NCBI GenBank assembly: GCA_021613535.1
Contig: CP075492.1
Location: 7,192,001-7,256,000, forward strand
Direction: 5' to 3'
Source of the DNA: Adineta vaga
Lineage: Eukaryota > Animalia > Rotifera
Length of the DNA stretch: 64,000 nucleotides
A model generated the notes under the pieces. That model was not told the DNA's origin. It was given only the letters and a program-made list of their open reading frames with translations, and made no database searches. Both the position numbers and the translations under genes were made by a program. Each line of letters opens with the position of its first letter. Within the stretch, counting starts at the first letter, position 1. Shown here one piece after another: positions 63,695 to 64,000 of the stretch.

Positions 63695-64000
63695 TTCTAT
63701 ATGTTTGTTTTCTTATTTCTGAATAAGAGAATTGAAAGACAGAATTAAAAAAGTCTTTCTTCAAAGCATAATTTAAAGAATTGTTAAAAAACAAAATTTA
63801 CTCAATGGAGAAAAGATTTTAACCAATCGCTATTTTATAGATATTTCATAAAAAATCAGTTTATTTCAGCATAAAATTTGTTTTGTTGATGAATCATTCC
63901 TTCATTCCTTTTTTATTTTCACATAGTTACTATCAACTGTAATCTTTCAAATGAAAACATTTACATATCCATATTACGGAAAATATAAAAGTTTTGCGTT

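Noticed and set aside
1-64000. CRISPR arrays, rRNA, tRNA, autonomous transposons or prokaryotic operons
   Set aside because: None seen; the DNA is intron-rich and eukaryotic. A tRNAscan/Rfam run would be needed to exclude small RNAs fully.

Overview
AT-rich (roughly 28-30% GC by eye), gene-dense eukaryotic DNA with very short GT-AG introns (mostly 50-70 nt). The gene content (ART-toxin-fold and TPR families, fungal/bacterial-like genes) points to a bdelloid rotifer; this is an inference. Apparently intact genes, in order: liprin-alpha (3' part), a short protocadherin-like gene, an NR4A-type nuclear receptor that seems to lack its ligand-binding domain, a P/Q/S-rich protein, PGK, a LEXM/CIMAP2-like gene, an EFCAB12-like gene, TMEM45, an alpha-1,3-fucosyltransferase, a GABA-B receptor (R2-like), a 22.7 kb nesprin-1-like gene with no visible KASH domain, a ZnT1-like zinc exporter, a small secreted Cys-rich protein and an R-S-E ADP-ribosyltransferase. 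The most unusual structure is 15075-22139: two ~1.65 kb inverted arms (3' part of PGK plus downstream DNA) enclose a ~3.8 kb patchwork of broken, unrelated genes (ependymin-related, EI24/RRT8-like, GT4 glycosyltransferase, WDHD1/CTF4) and a MITE. A structured, TATA-preceded box C/D RNA resembling U8 snoRNA lies at ~27959-28082. All homology calls are from motif recognition by eye and remembered family sequences; no searches were run. Exon boundaries were read manually and may be off by a few bases.
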